Program-made: the position numbers and the translations under genes
In this document: in pieces, positions 38,201-39,061 of the stretch
How positions within the stretch are numbered: position 1 is the first letter of the stretch
How the letters are laid out: each line of letters opens with the position of its first letter
Origin: Verrucomicrobiota bacterium
GTDB lineage: Bacteria > Verrucomicrobiota > Verrucomicrobiia > Limisphaerales > Palsa-1400
Length of the DNA: 39,061 nt
NCBI GenBank assembly: GCA_049510745.1
Contig: JBEKYR010000046.1
Span: 1 to 39,061 of the forward strand
Direction of reading: 5' to 3'
The notes under the pieces: generated by a model
Databases searched by the model: none
What the model was told of the DNA's origin: nothing
Seen by the model: the letters and a program-made list of their open reading frames with translations, nothing else

Positions 38201-39061
38201 CATTCAGCCCAACGACGAAATCGATGTCGGCGGCGGATTCACGACCTTTAACAATATCCCGGAAAACAATTTCGTGCGGCTCTACGGCGGGGCCATCTCC
38301 GGGGACGGCTCGATCCAGTTCAGCCAGGGCACTTATGGCGTCCTGGAGAACGGCACCAACGCCACCATCAGCATCCAGCGCATCGGCGGCGAAGGCACCG
38401 CCGCCCAACCCACCGTCAGCGCGGTGTTTTCCACCGCCGACGGCACCGCAGTGAACGGAAAGGATTACATTGGAGTGACCAACACGGTGACGTTCCCGCT
38501 GGGGGAGACCTTCCGGGCCGTGACGGTGCCCATAATCAACGGCACCGCCGTTGGGGGCGATCCGACGGTCAACCTCAACCTGTCGGACTCCGTCTATGCG
38601 GCGATCGGGCCGCAAACCAGCGCGCAATTGATCATCACCAACGTCAATACCGCCGTGGCCTTCTCGGCCGGGTCTTATGGCCAATCGGCCAACGCTTCCA
38701 GCGGCGTAGCCGCCATCCCGGTGGTGCGGTTGGGCAATTCAAACAACACCGTTGCGGTGACCGTTTATACGGGATCCAATGGAACGGCCACGCCTTACGT
38801 GAACTTCGTCCCGGTTACCAACACCCTGACCTTCTATCCGGGGACGCTGACCAATTACTTTTTGGTCCCGATTCTCAATTCGCCGACCATGTACAGCGAC
38901 ATGACGGTGGACCTGGAAATGAACGACGCCTCCAACGCCATCGTCGGCGCTCCGAGCAGCGCGTTGCTGACCATTGGCGCGGTGGTCAACGGACCGGGCG
39001 TGCTGGCGTTCTCGCAAACCAACTACACCGTCAGCGAAGGGGCGACCAACGCGCTGATTAC
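32241..39061 (+). CDS. Giant adhesin-like protein, 3' incomplete (more than 2270 aa): PPC-like domain, multiple Calx-beta-like domains and two Delta-60/DUF5122-type repeat blocks
   Basis: I translated the start as MSIVQQEILRRAARAGRALWAVMAFCFGSALQSQA-QVPPPNDNLASA...SIWYLWTAP. The same frame reads VLAFSQTNYTVSEGATNALI at the window end, and the ORF track lists no closed ORF in this frame. G.LD.SF....G....V.A.A.Q.DG.I..GG.F repeats occur at about 34270-35500 and 37155-38290. Confidence 0.92.
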   Translation, partial: MSIVQQEILRRAARAGRALWAVMAFCFGSALQSQAQVPPPNDNLASAQALVGAVGTVTGTNLYATAQPGEPAPYPGNPAQCSIWYLWTAPFTTTIDFNTRGSTDPYGNQLDTVLAVYRLTSGTNVAFTNLTLVAQNDDDPSGGVVSRVDFRATLETMYLIQVDGSVKYTGTGTNAQGYILLNWGNSLVAGGFGFSAQTFPIGSADDYIVDNFNGVLNPSLRNEQVNGAPNARITVTRRGGYTGRCEVQMNFVAGLYTNIYETNYYITNIFITNYSAAGLPTSFTNVMMTNTVAINNFQDNYYGTYMYLPLDFDAFQAWTNNNGTILPPFSTNLPLGTYGLPQFFTNFPCPAPPIPNSGTTVNSDGSSVYGITNVLCLSVVTNVIVPAAINGVHYTALSTNLTFDDFQMSQDVYVQINPYLNTISLPAGDEILDYDTPGPEDSIIAREYPGLVDRNYTYAGLNANVFVTLTNAVLDPQENPDILAPTISQSAAAVDVLNYWGSPTPGYTNNPNLVYINFERQTYRVNKDAGVAVLWVQRTVRGAGASHVVNYTIDSAHTGLTVIDYNTWAAVAGADYAAPSNRVDQPVFDFRLPTNTDWNGIYGTLTFPQDILNAQPIYIPIETNGAAEFDQDILVQLFLTTGNAQADASATPPATLGNIINAHLTINFDNTAANIQPGGAVDRTYNVDNVNNSYPPNNQIPGTPSGQVNAVAIQQDGLAVIGGEFTDYDTYSLNYMARVQTNGFLDPNFSGLGSGPDNYVNAVAIDAVGRILIGGNFSSVNGTNASHIARLNNDGSLDASFVTGYGFSGNVRALAVDASGNILVGGDFTSFNTTNCNHIARLLPSGGLDPSFLPSSGAPGSGANQTVRTVAIDNNNNVVLGGDFTQVNGTNWNRLARLLPSGALDRSFNPGTGADGSIFSLAVQPNNAIIIGGIFQNFNLTARSGIARATASGASDTTFDPGTGVNDAVYSVLVQPDGKILVGGQFTSFNTTRRIGVARLLPQGWIDTSFMDTSYNQFAGIINHYYNTNAYDPGDFPAYSNFRNSILAMGLEPTGNVIVGGSFSRVGGGFTRDDVRVRMNVARLIGQPTPGPELGGLGNCPGNITLTQNPYTVDDFAKQLYVTLQRVNGSLGPATLTLGTNTSEPGPGAASRADFGLSTATATYGDIWNNWFIYPVPSYGWRVADGYYGFNNNIQSLNDFGASTLYLSIHNDLAASQNLFAGLSLLNLNAYGLMTLGGQPIPLFPALGQYGAKLEIINDNFPPGVLGFGATNYTVTDTGGFVTISVLRTNGSAGVATVQFSTQQGFTNGTGTNVATPGNDFISTNGTLNFQGGQTSNGFTVQIRDHNNLVPTKYFNVVLTAPTVAGFDTNVPPVLQTTAVVEIIDGNFLPGHLAFSLPAYSVLKGTPSTVTVNRIGGANGVLMVQCGTSDGTATNGINYTGVTNLLTFGNGSITPQTMTIQTLDDKQVEGDKLVNISLFGATNQGVANSLSNNEIIAFPSNVVLTIHDIDSYGSFNFSAPNFNILQNAGQALITVIRTGGTVGSVSVNFATFNGTNATAPYQTALAGTNYGATNGVLSFGPGVTSQSFIVPIYYTPAETNAANRLVNLVLFGGSPAGVSNQFPKTATLTILDNQLVLSPAGSVDQTTANGAGFNDYVVSLALQPNGDILAGGNFTFFNQFPFNFVGRLNPDGSYDNTFLFSQAGANSNVNQVLSQTPSGNQTNGNIMIVGGFSQVDEVNRSGICRLNLDGSLDETFNPGGGADGAVYAIAQYGTNLASVSNYYVIGGAFANYYGTSSSGVARLTPAGTLDPNFSVGAGASSSNRTVRVVAIDANNNILVGGDFTSFNNVPHHYLVRLNVSGSVDSNFVAFDGIHADINGSVRAIQIQPDSRILIGGSFTAVNGSNYNYIARLNNDGTLDTSFNVGAGCDNSVLAITLDSQNRILLGGVFTHASGVTRNGITRLNPDGTVDPTINFGFGANGFVDTIVIQPNDEIDVGGGFTTFNNIPENNFVRLYGGAISGDGSIQFSQGTYGVLENGTNATISIQRIGGEGTAAQPTVSAVFSTADGTAVNGKDYIGVTNTVTFPLGETFRAVTVPIINGTAVGGDPTVNLNLSDSVYAAIGPQTSAQLIITNVNTAVAFSAGSYGQSANASSGVAAIPVVRLGNSNNTVAVTVYTGSNGTATPYVNFVPVTNTLTFYPGTLTNYFLVPILNSPTMYSDMTVDLEMNDASNAIVGAPSSALLTIGAVVNGPGVLAFSQTNYTVSEGATNALI

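Noticed and set aside
32244..38684. Long minus-strand ORFs (1123, 235, 276 and 415 aa)
   Set aside because: They are antisense shadows of the giant + strand gene, caused by codon bias.

Overview
High-GC bacterial DNA, most likely Verrucomicrobiota. This is inferred from an Amuc_1101/1100/1099/1098-like pilus/secretin cluster, an exosortase-EpsI pair and Calx-beta/Delta-60 surface proteins. From left to right: (1) an AT-rich orphan membrane gene between short-repeat and hairpin mosaics; (2) a Tat-exported Gfo/Idh/MocA oxidoreductase, a larB-larC-GT2 operon, a candidate small RNA, a DUF4202-like gene and an internally deleted epimerase pseudogene; (3) an accessory island of about 5.8 kb, made of a repeat mosaic, a truncated vsr, and a tightly coupled operon of 5mC DNA methyltransferase, GHKL/MORC-type ATPase, a Rossmann methyltransferase-like protein, Vsr and a DUF3883-type PD-(D/E)XK nuclease. 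This operon is the best candidate for an undescribed defence or DNA-modification system. (4) exosortase, EpsI, a priming glycosyl-phosphotransferase and UDP-glucuronate decarboxylase; (5) a PilM-PilN fusion, PilO-like and PilP-position genes and a secretin, followed by a stand-alone 5'-3' exonuclease; (6) four secreted proteins, the last being a Calx-beta/beta-propeller protein of more than 2270 aa that runs off the window end and is absent from the ORF track. I found no rRNA, tRNA, CRISPR array, integrase or transposase. All family assignments come from motif recognition by eye, not from database searches.
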